Part shown: positions 1-13,610 of the stretch, one piece after another | Numbering within the stretch: position 1 is the stretch's first letter | How the letters are laid out: every line of letters starts with the position of its first letter | The notes under the pieces: model-generated | What the model was told of the DNA's origin: nothing | The model's database searches: none | The model's input: the letters and a program-made list of their open reading frames with translations, nothing else | NCBI GenBank assembly: GCA_951406725.2 | Contig: OX597814.1 | Location: 14,570,001 to 14,634,000, forward strand | Direction: 5' to 3' | Origin: Octopus vulgaris | Lineage: Eukaryota | Length of the DNA: 64,000 nucleotides | Program-made: the position numbers and the translations under genes

Positions 1-550
1 AAATGAAGCATAAGTCATACTTCAACGTATTATTTGAATTAAGACCCGATGATTCCTGCAACTAAATCAAGAATAACTAACGGAACATTGGCAGGGTGTT
101 GTTAACAGCGAAGATAAATATAAAATTGTCTGACTTGCTAATGTTGTTGATGGAACGTAACAATAATTTTTTTAAACTGGAAAAAAGCGAACGAATTCAT
201 TTGACAACCCAATATATATATAGAGAGAGATACCTCTATGAATATGTATATATTTGTGGGTATGCGTGCCAGTGTGTGTGATTGGTCGTGTATGTGTGTG
301 CATGTGTGTTTATATTCGTATGTACGAGCACAAACATTTGCGTGAATATTCATATATATAACTTTGATAACTTTGATAGGTTTCCGTCAGAATAGGCCCA
401 GGGCATGCCTAACTTAATAGCACCGCCTGGTGAAGTATTTTAATCATATATGGGGCAACAAGGCCCATTCTAGCAAAGTTATTATTGTTGAAGACATATG
501 CGGGTGAAGGCGGTTGGTCCGGTATTTTTTGAAGAAATTTGTAATGAGCA

Positions 551-570
551 AAATATATATATGTATATGA

Positions 571-601
<31 letters not shown>

Positions 602-615
602 TATATATATATATG

Positions 616-679
<64 letters not shown>

Positions 680-700
680 AGAATATATATATATATATGA
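551..700. repeat. (TA)n microsatellite
   Basis: Long TA run; source of the YIYI ORFs at 409-843 and 444-767. Confidence 0.95.
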
Positions 701-729
701 AAAAATATTTTTTCATATAAATTAGACAT

Positions 730-766
730 TGTATCATGAATAGCGATTGAGAAACCGGTCGATACA
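730..766 (+). ncRNA. Decayed minimal hammerhead ribozyme-like motif (Penelope-like LTR type)
   Basis: TGTATC-ATGAATA-GCGATTGA-GAAA-CCGG-TC-GATACA: perfect 6-bp stem I, palindromic ACCGGT stem III, GUC site; core differs from CUGANGA at 2 positions. Confidence 0.5.
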
Positions 767-1174
767 TTAAAAATTATACTATAACCATGTAAGTGTGCGT
801 ATTTTCCGTTTTTATTTTTCTTATATACATTACAATCCACCACGTGGGGACAACCGAAATTCCTCTTTTCTGTTACTACTACTATATATATATATATATA
901 TATGTTTATATAGATTTATAGGCGTGTAAGTGAATGTGTGTGTGCGTGTATAAATATATGTATATGTACATCTATATATTTATATATACAGGTATGGGGA
1001 TGAAACAGAAATATAAAATACAAAATGAGAATCTGTATATTCTTATTAATATTTAGCAGAAGTAACAGAGTAACTAGTTTGACAAGTGCCAACACGCAAG
1101 AAACTGTCGGACCTTGAGTTACTCTGTTATTTCTGTTATTTATATATTCTTTTTATTTATATATGTTCGTTATT

Positions 1175-1735
<561 letters not shown>

Positions 1736-1867
1736 GTGCAGATCTCCGTGGAAACAGAACACGGTTAACTAAATTGCCCAGATATAGTACAGCAATCTGC
1801 ATATGTTGTTATTTTACTTTTCTTTGGTGACATGTATAATTTGTAGGTCCTAGATGGAACGCCAGTA

Positions 1868-2750
1868 TACAGGGTGCCTCGAAATTAAGGCAACCGAAGT
1901 TTCGGGGTTTAATAACTATCAATAAATGTGATAAGATATGAAATTTATATATCATAAAAGCTTAGTAAGCCTCCTTTTTGTTTCAGACTAAATGAATTCA
2001 GATTTATAAATGGGATAATGGCTATAGACTAAAATACAATCATAACCCTCCTAAAAGGAAGCGAAAGTAATTCAGCTATAGCAAAAGAGCTTAAAATTAA
2101 CCGAACAACAGTCTGGAAAATTGTCAAAAAATTTCAAGAGACTGGTTCTACTGCTGATCGACCTGGACGTGACCAGAAAAGAACTATGTGGACCCCTCAG
2201 TTTATCAAAAGTACAACAGAAAAGATACGGTTAAATCTTCGTTGTTCTGTCAAAAAACTGGTTGCTTCCACAAAAGTAAGCCAAACATTGATGTATCGAG
2301 TGTTGAAGGAGGATCTCATGATCCACCCCTACAAAGTGATACGCCGTTATGAGCTCTTGCAAGTTTATATAGGTATGAGACTCGAGAGAAATCGTCTCAT
2401 CCTGCGTAAGGATAAGACGATAAGCCTCCAGCAGGACTCGGTAGCTTCTCACAGCTCCAAACAGACGCAACACTGGATTCAGAAAAACATTCCGTCGTTC
2501 ATAAGCAAAGCTGTATGGCCTTCGGGAAGACTCGATCTCAACCCGTTAGATTTTTCTATTTGATCCATTTTGGAGACGAAGGTCGTGAGCACACGTTATG
2601 CTTCGCTCGATGCTCTGAAGGCAAAACTGCGCTAGAAATAGACTTCGATTCCGCAGAAACAGCTACGTACCTAGTGTGAAGCATTCGCACTTAGACTTCA
2701 GGCTCTGATTCGAAACACATGAAGCAGAGATGGTCATATCAAATAAATGT
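1868..2750 (+). mobile_element. Tc1/mariner superfamily, maT (DD37D) transposon relic, internally deleted
   Basis: Starts TA|CAGGGTG; HTH region AIAKELKINRTTVWKIVKKFQETGSTADRPG; catalytic QQD-x37-D (QQDSVASH...WPSGRLDLNPLDFSI); stops, first catalytic D region missing, right TIR not found. Confidence 0.85.
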
Positions 2751-2936
2751 GGTAATGTCATAATCGTTTTGCATTGCAACGCTCAGACTATATATATATG
2801 TATAGTTATATTCTGTTAAGAACATTGTACTGTACAGTATATATCTCGTCCGCCTGCAGATTTCACCCGGTGCTATCCACTAATAGTCTTATACGTATTG
2901 CCAGATTTGTGTTGGCAATACGTAGTGTGTGAATGG

Positions 2937-3509
2937 ATAAATGAATAAGTTGAAGTCAACAAGAAGGGATACCGTTGGACATTTATTGGTAATCACTATA
3001 GTTGTTTCCACGCAGCTTAATCCTCCAGGTTTGCAGATAATTGGTTATGTAACTGATTTCCTGCATTATGAGATCTAGTTGTGTTTCCTCAGGCGATTTA
3101 TAAATATTGTCTCCGTAATCTCAAATTCTCGGCTTCAAGTGCATCCTCTGTATCTGTCCTGACCTGCGAGGTAGTAGCAGCCACTGAGTGCATCAAGAAA
3201 TGTATTGTAACTAAAAGTCTGTTGATAAACTGCTTTGAATTAATAGATGGAGTAAAAGGGTTATTTTGCTAATCACTTGAAACCGAGAATTTGGCTTTGC
3301 TATGCACTTGAAGCCGAGAATTTGAGTTTATTGAGACAATATTTATATATCAGCCGAGGAAACCCAATTAAGTATCATAATGCAAGGAAACGGTTACATA
3401 ACCAAATACCTACAAGCCTGGAGAATTACGCTACGTGTAAAAAATTATAGTGATTACAAATAAATGTCCAACCATATCCCTTCTTGTTGACTCCAACTCA
3501 TTTAATTAT
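2937..3509. repeat. Long imperfect inverted repeat (~205-bp arms 2937-3144 and 3302-3509)
   Basis: GTCAACAAGAAGGGATA vs TATCCCTTCTTGTTGAC; CTCAAATTCTCGGCTTCAAGTGCAT vs ATGCACTTGAAGCCGAGAATTTGAG. Confidence 0.9.
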
Positions 3510-3892
3510 GTGTATGTGTCTGTGTGTGTGAGGAAGTGTGCATGTGATTACACATATACTAACGAAATATGAGGAAATGATATAACGAGAAAATTTACAT
3601 TTAGTCTTGTAAAGTAATTAATAAAATTGTTCTAAATCGCATTATTTTAGACCAGTTTTCCTTTTCAATAGAAAGTTGATCAGTGTAATGTACAGGTGAA
3701 ATAAATATCTTTTAAGCTTCAGTTAACACATGCCAATTATATTTTAATTGAAACCGAAGTGCCATGCATCACACATATGCATTAAAATTATAATACCCAT
3801 TAGAATTGAATCTTGCGTGTAATAATATATTTTCGTTTAATTTGATTAATAGCAATTCAACAGTAATTGTGAGATTTCTTCTTTTTGCTGCA

Positions 3893-3944
3893 GATAGATA
3901 GACAACCAGCCAGCCAGATAGATAGATAGATAGATAGAGTGATT

Positions 3945-3987
<43 letters not shown>

Positions 3988-4110
3988 GAGCATATATACA
4001 CACACGCACACACACATATAGCATATATACACACACATATATATATATATATACACAAGAGCATACACACGTACACAGATACACACACACACATACATAC
4101 ATTCATACAT

Positions 4111-4186
<76 letters not shown>

Positions 4187-4230
4187 GGCTCACCATTGAG
4201 CCATATATACATACATATATATATATATAT
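3893..4230. repeat. Compound (TAGA)n/(CA)n/(TA)n microsatellite
   Basis: Directly visible simple repeats. Confidence 0.9.
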
Positions 4231-4404
4231 GGACCATTTACATGTGGACTATTTACATAGTAGCTAATCATTCAAAGTACTGCCAAAATACTGCCTGGAT
4301 TAACCTGAAATTATACGCTAGAACCTATACCTTCACGGAAGCACGGACCAACCTTCGTACCCTCTGGAAAAATATGAGCTTTGAACTTTATTATCCTTTC
4401 TGTA

Positions 4405-4810
4405 TTGTTCTCTTTACTTGTATCTCTTTCTCTTTACTTGTTTCACTCATTTGACTGCGGCCATGCTGGAGCACCGCCTTTAATCGAGCAACTCGACCCT
4501 GGGACTTATTCTTTTGTAAGCCCAGTACTTATTCTATCGGTCTCTTTTGCCGAACCGCTAAGTAACGGGGACATAACCACACCAGCATCGGTTGTCAAGC
4601 AATGCTAGGGGGACAAATACACACACGCATATATATAAATATATATACATATATACGACGGGCTTCTTTCAGTTTCCGTCTACCCAATCCACTCACAAGG
4701 CTTTGGTCGGCCCGTGGCTATAGCAGAAGACACTTGCCCAAGATGCCACGCAGTGGGACTGAACCCGGAACCATGTGGTTGATAAACAAGCTACTTACCA
4801 CACAGCCACT
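4405..4810 (-). mobile_element. SINE family A, near full length
   Basis: Minus strand reads GTGGCTGTGTGGTAAG (A-box like)...GGTTCAGTCCC (B-box like)...TTGGGCAAGTGTCTT; highly similar to 16642-17077. Confidence 0.9.
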
Positions 4811-5188
4811 TTCTTCTTCCATTTTATTCCTTATAAACTGTGAAAATCCCGTCTAGAACTTTCATATATGCTCACCTTTTCTTAAATTGACGGAATATCT
4901 AATGTACAGACATGCTAACCTATCACTTTGGTATATTTCAGAAACAGCTGTAAGACTTGAAATTTACCCTCGTTAAATTATTCTATATATCTTGAGAAAC
5001 TCGCCCTGCCTTAGCTTTTGTTGTCCCTTATCCCCTAATATACTATATACCTTCAAACACAAGCTTAATACGGATCCCTAACTCCAACATCAGGTGTGAA
5101 CTTCGAACCTAAAGGATGATCAGTTATAGCACTTACTCAGCGTACCTATTCGTTTAGATTACCATTCAACTAAACCCCACATATTCTA

Positions 5189-5235
<47 letters not shown>

Positions 5236-5594
5236 GTGTGTGTGTGCATTACTGGTACATATGCATATGTGTATGTCTATGACAACAAGGCATTGATACG
5301 TAATGTAGTGGTGTCAGCCTAAAACATGGTACATGCAAGTTCTACAAGAACGCAATATAAAAATAAGTTATTACACTACCTCTACGATTATGAAGCCATG
5401 TTGTCGCACACAAACCGCTGCACGCAGTTTGTGGATCGTATCACATGATTAATGCCAGAAATAATATGTCACAACGTATTTCGATAATGATATTTTTAAT
5501 ATGTATCTATCAAATTTTCTATCTATATATTTACGTAGTTGTGTGTAATTATATATAGATAAATAGTTAGATAGTTTGATACTTACCTATAGAT

Positions 5595-5630
<36 letters not shown>

Positions 5631-6744
5631 ACACACAAACACTCACACACACATATATATGTGTGAATATATGTATACATTTATAATACGGTTGAATTCT
5701 TGGTTAATCATTCTATATAAATTTTTAATATTGTTTTATCTTTACGTTTACTGTGGAACAAGAATGCAAGTCTACTTATATCAAAGAACGTTACTTGATG
5801 CTCTTGGTCTCAAATTCTCGGTAGTTCGGCCTGCGTTTTCAATATTGAACCATTACATCGTGTTATAATAGGGAAAAATATCAAGATTAAATAGTGCAAC
5901 AATATTAGATAACAGTATATCCTGAGGCATAATTTGAATTTAACCAAGATATATTAAATAAGGCAGATTTATTAATAGGAAAATATACCATAGTAATAAA
6001 TACAGTGAAGAGACACATCAAGCGTGAAATAAACTACGAAAAGAACGATTTTATCATTTACAACATTTTTTTGTTTTCATCAAATGTCAATAGAAACTTA
6101 CTCTCATAATTCATGCGACGGGGTTTAAGCTATCTTAGAAAGTCAATGAAGTTGGGAACATTAGTGTTCGAAACTAATTTTCGAGGAGTAAAAAAGGAAT
6201 ATGACAATTCTTAAAGTGTTCAGATCTCACAGTAGGGCCTTTTGTGAAGTATATATTTGTGTGCGTGCACGTATATATTTGAGTGTATATATTTGTGTAC
6301 GGTTGTGCCTCCGTGTTTTATTGCTTTGTATGTTCTCCGTGGGAACTATTTCATTTGCACAATTGAAAGCGAAGCATTTTGAGTTAAGAATGTCCCTGGG
6401 ATTTGTAAATATGTGAGCGAATTATTGTTTATGTATATGTATATGTATTTTTGGATATACTTACACTCATGTCTTAGTTGAGCATGTCTTTTTATTACAC
6501 AAATACATGTGCTTCATAACCCTTTATCTATATGAGTGAGTGTGCTGTAGACCGTTGCAGTCGCATTTTTATATTAATTTTAGAGAAGACAAATGGGCAG
6601 TCATTGTGCTACTAATCGATTGTATTCAGAGGATGCGAGTAATTTTTCCCCTTTTTCTTTATTGGAGAAAGTCAACACTTTGTATTTTCTCTGCAAACTT
6701 GATGCTACATGATCCTGTGAACTTATCATTATAGATACAAACGA

Positions 6745-6780
6745 GTGGATTTGGTAGACGGAAACGGAAAGAAGCCTGTC

Positions 6781-6834
<54 letters not shown>

Positions 6835-7026
6835 TTGTGTGTCAGTGTTTGTCCCCCTAGCATTGCTTGACAACCGATGCTGGTGTGTTTATGTCCCTGT
6901 TACTTAGCGATTTGGCAAAAGTGACCGATGAATAAGTACTGGGTTTACAAGAATAAGACCCGGGGTCGATTTGCTTGACTAAAGGCGGTGCTCCAGCATG
7001 GCCGCAGTCAAATGACTGAAACAAGT

Positions 7027-7030
<4 letters not shown>
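6745..7030 (+). mobile_element. SINE family A, 5'-truncated, flanked by a 60-bp direct repeat
   Basis: GTGGATTTGGTAGACGG...GGCCGCAGTCAAATGACTGAAACAAGTAAAA; identical 60-mers at 6685-6744 and 7074-7133. Confidence 0.9.
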
Positions 7031-7067
<37 letters not shown>

Positions 7068-7784
7068 GTTGTGTTTTCTCTGCAAACTTGATGCTACATG
7101 ATCCTGTGAACTTATCATTATAGATACAAACGAATAATCTATAGGCAGGATACGAGAGATAAAAGTTCATCCAATGTATGTATGTATTTATGTACTTCCG
7201 TTTTGATTTGATAGATCTTACTCTTTACTGACGAACGACTATTGTGTCTTGTGTAGCGTCTCTTGATGCTCTATATTTCTATTTCGTCTCAGACTGACGT
7301 TTGCATCTTTACATTTTCATCTTTCTCCGTTAAAAACACTTTTTTTTGTTTTTTATTACCAGTTAAAAAAGGCTTATGTATATAGTTCTTTTGTTTTTCG
7401 TGTTCTTGTCTTACCTACCATTGTTTTACCGTATTGTTTTATGATCTTCGTAGTTTTCTCCCTCCTCTTTGACCATTGTATTTAGTAATTTCATAATTCC
7501 TTCTCGTCTATTTGTCCCCTTTCCTATCCACTGGTAAATATTTAACAATATCCCTTAGTCTGTCCTCATCTCTTCTTCACCGGATAAATTCTTATAAAAC
7601 TTCTTGCATTCGTGGTGTGGAATAAAATTTTGTAATACTTTCCTTCAAGTAGAAACTGCAGATTTCATCGTTTGTATAAATAATGACAGAGAAATGACTC
7701 AGTCATTCCATCTGTATTTATATGTGCCTATATACAATCATACATATAATCGTGCACAACACATATACATATATACATTTATAA

Positions 7785-7816
<32 letters not shown>

Positions 7817-7835
7817 GTATATGCACACATATGCA

Positions 7836-7877
<42 letters not shown>

Positions 7878-8762
7878 TATATGGGTTGCAGTTGTGCGTA
7901 GGTGTGTCAATAAGAATGATGTGAATGCAGCGGACTATATCTTAATTTATCTTAATTGGAAAGTATATCGTTCATTGTACTCAACAAATAATTTCACGCC
8001 ATTCTAAATAATTCGGGTTCACAACATGATAAACTGTCAATATTAAATAATTGAAACAATTTGTTGAACAGCAATGATTAGTACCTCAACATCATCCACA
8101 TTTATCTTTCTCAATCCTTCCCTCCATTTGTGTGTGTGTGAGGTGGAGACTTTACATTCCCAGACAACCGAAAAAACTGTGATTCAGTTCTGTTGATACC
8201 ATCTAATAACATTAAGTGTTTTTTTTAAACTTATTTTATACTAAAATCATATGTTTACTGTTTTTTTTTTATTACTGCCAATAACATATCATAATTTCTT
8301 CGCAAAGATCAAAATAAATATAGTTTCTGTTTTTTTAATATCTAAAAGTCAAATGATATTTAATCAATCCATATTATTTTTTTCGTAATATAAAATTGTT
8401 TTTAGTAAAACATTCAATTAACTTTTAAATTATATTAATAAAATTTCGAGTTGGGAATTTTATGATATATAATTAATACAGACAACTTTTCTCTTAACGA
8501 GATATTATTAAATTTCAATTTTCCTGTTTGTCTCAGGCGTTTCTTAAATGTATTTATATTTTTCAACCCATAGATTATATAAAATTAGCATACACTCAAA
8601 TTTATTCACATTTACCTTTAAACTATTGAAATTAAATGTCTATTCATATGTTTTATATCAGGGGGGTCATTGTGGGAGTATAAATGAATTAACTTGCACT
8701 GAATAACTCTAATGAAGTAACAAATATTTGGAATCACGTTAACCTGAATTTCATAAATATAA

Positions 8763-9122
8763 TAGGTCTGATCAATAAGTATCCGGACTGCTGTAATAAA
8801 AGCAATACTACCGCACGTACAAATTTGGCATTTAATCTCCTTCAAAGTAGTCCACTTTGGAAGCCACATACTTAATCCAGCGCTGTTTCCATTGTTGGAA
8901 GCATTCCTCGAACTCGTTATATGGGATAACCAGCAGCTGCTTCGTTGCATTCACTTTGATTTCCTCGACGTCCTTAAATCTTCCTTTCAGGCGGGATCTA
9001 AATTTTGGAAATAGTCGCAAGGGACGAGATATGGGGAATATAGTGGTTGTCGGACATGGAGAATGCTGTGCATAGTCAAAAACCGCTGCACAAGCTGCGC
9101 TAAATGGGCAGATGCGTTGTCA
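8763..9122 (-). mobile_element. Mariner (DD34D) transposon 3' half with TIR
   Basis: DNASAH-x-YSPYLVPCDY (34 residues between Ds), C-terminus LKGRFKDVEEIK...WKQRWIKYVASKVDYFEGD*, TIR TGATCAATAAGTATCCGGACTG at 8769-8790. Confidence 0.9.
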
Positions 9123-9200
9123 GCTGAGTTCAAATTCTGTCGAGTTCGACTTTGCTTTTCATGCTTTCTAGTCAATAAAATATGAACCAGTTGAACACTA
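9123..9200 (+). mobile_element. SINE family B fragment
   Basis: CTGAGTTCAAATTC...CGACTTTGCTTTTCAT...CCAGTTGAACACT matches family B body. Confidence 0.7.
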
Positions 9201-10549
9201 ACCTCAACTAAACGCTCCCGACAAAACTTTATGCATTGTACTTTGAGTACTAGATGAGTAGGAATGAGATATCTTGAAATACGTACATAATATGATGAAA
9301 GCGTTAAGAATGATTCATTATCAGTGTTAGAAAGTGTAAAGTTGATGAGAAAATAACATGGAAGTGGTTAAACGATGTTGTGAGCGTTGTCTGGTTTAGG
9401 TTTTTCTGACAGTTGTGACACAAAAGCAGCTCAGCTGCCACCTGTATATATAAACTGTAGCCCAGCGGTAAATGTGACACATTCTACGAATTTCCATATG
9501 AGGGAATTCTCTATTTTTATTTCCGCGGTAAACTGAAAGAGTGAGTTAAAAAACAACAACCATTTTACACTTGTTTCGAGATAATTAGGCTAAAAGAACT
9601 AATAGGCATTATAATTTTGTATACAGCCATTGAAACAGAAAAATCATAATGCTAAAGGCTGTAAAAAAGAGTACCTTAAAATGATAAGTTTGAGAATCTG
9701 CCCTCCCTTCCAACGCCACCTTATAAATCCGGTTTTATGACCAATAAAAATTTACACTCATCTCAGCATATGTACAGACCTTATTTCATTCATCAGTTTT
9801 CTTCTCTTAAGCGTAGAAACTTAATCAATGACTTTTTGAAAGAAATCAACGTTTAATGAAAACACACGCACTATATATTTGGTGTTATTTTGCTTCAGTG
9901 TTATTTATTTTTTACATTAATCTTAATCTTATTTCGGCCAGAGTTCTTTCGTCACACTCCTGTGACAGCATCAGTGGTCCTTTGTTTTCTTCTTACTTAT
10001 TTGTGTCTCTCCTTACTAATAACACCAAATATATAGTGCGTGTGTTTTTATTGGCTAAACTGGCAATATGACCATTCCGAAATATAACAATATCTGTTTC
10101 AACACACGACTTCACATAAAAAAATCTTGCACAACAAATATTTAAACGTACTTTTTGAAAGAAATCAACGTTTAATGCACGATTTGGCTACGAGTATCAC
10201 CAAGGGCTAAAATTTAACGGTTGATACACATGAAGGCTATCCTGACTACAGCAACCATGTTTGGTAAATTCAGTTGAGTACTTTTATAACTAAGTCGTCC
10301 TGTCACAAGTTTCTCTGATGAGTTCTTACTTCAGACACGCAGCATTATTTTCTGAAAGTATCCCCAAACAATTGTAATAGTAACCACCTCTTCCTCGTGT
10401 CATCGCATTATATAGCATTTTCACAGTTTTGGTGAAAGTTTAAACTACGTTCGGGTAGGTTTTGCCTTTGGTGGTAGTAAAATATTTTTCATTATTGTCT
10501 TCCAAAGTTACACTCAAATTAAAATGTTTCGTCTCCTTCCAGACCTTAA

Positions 10550-10768
10550 CACTTTAGTATTTAAACCGGCCATATCCGGCCAAAATAGCTAATCTGTTTT
10601 ATGTTCAAACTGACCAGATCCAGGCTCTCACACCTACCCTACAATGTTATTCTACATTAAGTAATTACACCATCAAGATCTTGAAGATATGAGATAATGC
10701 ATGATTAATTCAAATTAATGGGAATCAATAATCATTATGTTTGGTAGAATAGTCTGAACACTAAAGGG
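10550..10768. mobile_element. piggyBac-type MITE (~219 bp)
   Basis: TTAA on both sides (10546-10549, 10769-10772); TIRs CACTTTAGTATTTAAAC / rc CCCTTTAGTGTTCAGAC. Confidence 0.75.
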
Positions 10769-12111
10769 TTAAACCAGAATGATCTTCGGTCTTGCAAAGG
10801 TAGTCCTTTTAATTGCGATATTGTTTCTCTTCTTATATGCCTCTAAGCAGAAGCAAATTTGTACCATGCATTGGCTAGTTGTAATATTTTTACGAATAGT
10901 ACCTAGCTATATATTTCAGTGAGAAGGACTGGTTTTCTTCCGTACTCTCGTCAAAAACAAATTATATTTAACGATACTTTAGAGAATATGTTAAGAAAAT
11001 ATTTCAACCGATACTTTAAAGTGTTTTTCAGCTGTATTTATATTTCACATATCTTTTTATCGTATCCTTATACGGATATACCGATAGACTAGTATAATGT
11101 TGGCGCTGATGATGTCGGTTTGTTTATACTTCTAATCAATCTCTCTGGCAGTTTTTGGCTGAATTTGAATATAGTCGGAAAGACGGCTAGCATCGCAGGA
11201 ACCGGAATATTGATTGCTATCTACAAGATCAAATTTCTCTTACAAAGATAACTGTTACTGTAGCAATTTAGTTATGAAGTGGCTTAGTTGTGGGTGAGTT
11301 TCGTCCAATATTTTTGAAACAACTTCATATAACCGATCGAAAACTCTTGTTGGACTTTTACCTGATTACATCCTTATTGAAATACAAAACCAAAGGGAGT
11401 GAAAATAATACTTAGGTAGCTCACATATATAGAACTACAGAGATACGCGATGTTTTTTTTTTTTTTTTGACAATGTCAGCTACGATCTAATAAAGATAGC
11501 TTATTGGAAACATGTTTTATAAAATCTGTTATGACTAACGTTAAATTGATGGATAAAGTGTGCTTCTCTTATTGGTAAGAGAATAGCGAACAATTTACTG
11601 ATCCAAGACAAGCATATAACCACAGAAAATTTCAGAAAAGAAAGATATTTTACACACGTTTCTGCGCCCATGTCTTTGGCTGATGGCGCGTTGCATGTAA
11701 ATATGTATGTATGTATGTATGTACGTACGTATGTATGTATGAATGTATGTATGTATGTATGTATGTATGTATGTATGTATCTATGTATCTATGTATGCAT
11801 GAACATGTGTGTTCGTATGTATGTTATTCCTAGATTGCAATTCAGGTTGTTTATATTCCTTAACGGAATAACCGGCTGCTGTGAAGCAAATAGTTAAAAA
11901 CTTATGGATTGATAATCTAGCTCTTAATTATATTATAGTCAAACATTTACAATATACGTATATGTTTTATATGCATAGTATTCAGAGATATAAAACTTTT
12001 GTGTCCAAGAGTTCTTTGTTAAAACGAGAAAATAACTAGCTTTAAATTAACAGCACAATTTTCATTCATTTAGGAAAGTCTTCTCAATATCTTCAATATT
12101 TAAACTATTAT

Positions 12112-12325
12112 AAGGCGGCGAACTGGCACAATCGTTTTCAGACCGGGCAAAATGTTTTGTAAGCATTTCGTCCGTCTGTCATTACGTTCAGAGTTCAAAT
12201 TCCGCCGAGTACGACTTTGCATTCATCCTTTCGGTGTGGATAAAATAAGAACCAATTGAACACTGGAGGGGTCTATGTAATCGGCCTACACCTTTCCCGA
12301 AATTGCTGGCCTGGTGCCATAATTT
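12112..12325 (+). mobile_element. SINE family B (tRNA-like head plus GCCTTTCATCCTTTCGGGGTCGATAAA central domain, Meta/MESC-like)
   Basis: AAGGCGGCGAACTGGCAC...GAGTTCAAATTCC...GACTTTGCATTCATCCTTTCGG; paralogs at 22141, 24909, 38919, 56184. Domain name is inference. Confidence 0.85.
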
Positions 12326-13201
12326 TAAGCCATGATTTTGGGTCGGGGACGCTTGAATTTGTGCATGTAAGCATATTTAGATATAGATATAGATTTAGTG
12401 AGAATAGCAGTAGAAAGAGAACACTCTACGTGTATGTAGATAAAGAGAGAAGTGAAAGAAAGAAATTTTTCACTTTACATCCGATGACATACAAACCTAT
12501 ATACTCGCACACAAACACACGCACACACACACACACACTCACACGTGTAAATAATTATGCTGTGTTCGTGAGTGTCTCAATGTATAAAAGTACGTATTAA
12601 CATGTAATTGGGCTAAAATATCGCCGAAAAACGGGGTATTCGCATGTCCATACAGTATGAGGTCCTTTTAAGCGCAGAAAATGTTGTTTCGCAAACATGG
12701 AGTTTGTAAGGGGTAAGTTGGCAAATCTTTTATAGTATTAGCGTATGAAAATCGTAGAGCTTTATATTCAAATATCGTCAGGATCTATCTTCACTCTCAT
12801 GCCATTGCTGGAGGAAGTATTGCGCGATATTCAATTCAGTCACATTAAATTATTATGGGATATGTGAGAAGGTGTTAATTATATAGTAAATATGAGAAAC
12901 CAAATGCCAAATTATACATAATTTGGTATTTGGATTCCCATATACAACTGTAAGATGGTTAGGATAATTTTGCATATTTATAATAAGAACTATAACGAGC
13001 ACGTAAATATATGACACGATAATAGATGTACGGACGTATGTAAATACTGAATGAAACGCGATTTATTCCCTCTTTCTTTTATGATCGCTGATAATATGTG
13101 AAAATTTATGGAAGGATTTGGATGAATATAACTGTCAGCCCTTTTTTCGGTTCGCGTGACAAATTGATATGTAAATTTGCATGTACTTGCATAAGGATGT
13201 G

Positions 13202-13204
<3 letters not shown>

Positions 13205-13234
<30 letters not shown>

Positions 13235-13520
13235 GCATGTATATATATACACATATAGATAGATAGATACATACATACATACATACATACATACATACAT
13301 ACATACACACACATACATACATACATACATACATACATACATACATACATACATAAATGGATGGATGAATGGATGGATGGATGGATGGAGGGTGGGAGGG
13401 AGGGAGTTATGCATGGATAGATAGATACGTAGGTAGGTAGATAGATAGAGAGATAGATAGACTATATGGATGTATGGATGGATGGAGGGAGGGAAGAAGG
13501 GAGGGAGTTATGGATGGATG

Positions 13521-13560
<40 letters not shown>

Positions 13561-13561
13561 T

Positions 13562-13606
<45 letters not shown>

Positions 13607-13610
13607 GATT
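13205..13610. repeat. Compound (TA)n/(CATA)n/(GGAT)n/(TAGA)n microsatellite
   Basis: Simple repeats visible. Confidence 0.9.

Noticed and set aside
2892-2924. Perfect 12-bp hairpin TACGTATTGCCA/TGGCAATACGTA
   Set aside because: Real but isolated; no CTAG terminus at Helitron spacing and too short for a pre-miRNA.
4602-4856. Recurring peptide ASFSFRLPNPLTR...[16 protein letters not shown] (also 16836, 32285, 35208)
   Set aside because: Antisense translation of SINE family A, not a protein family.
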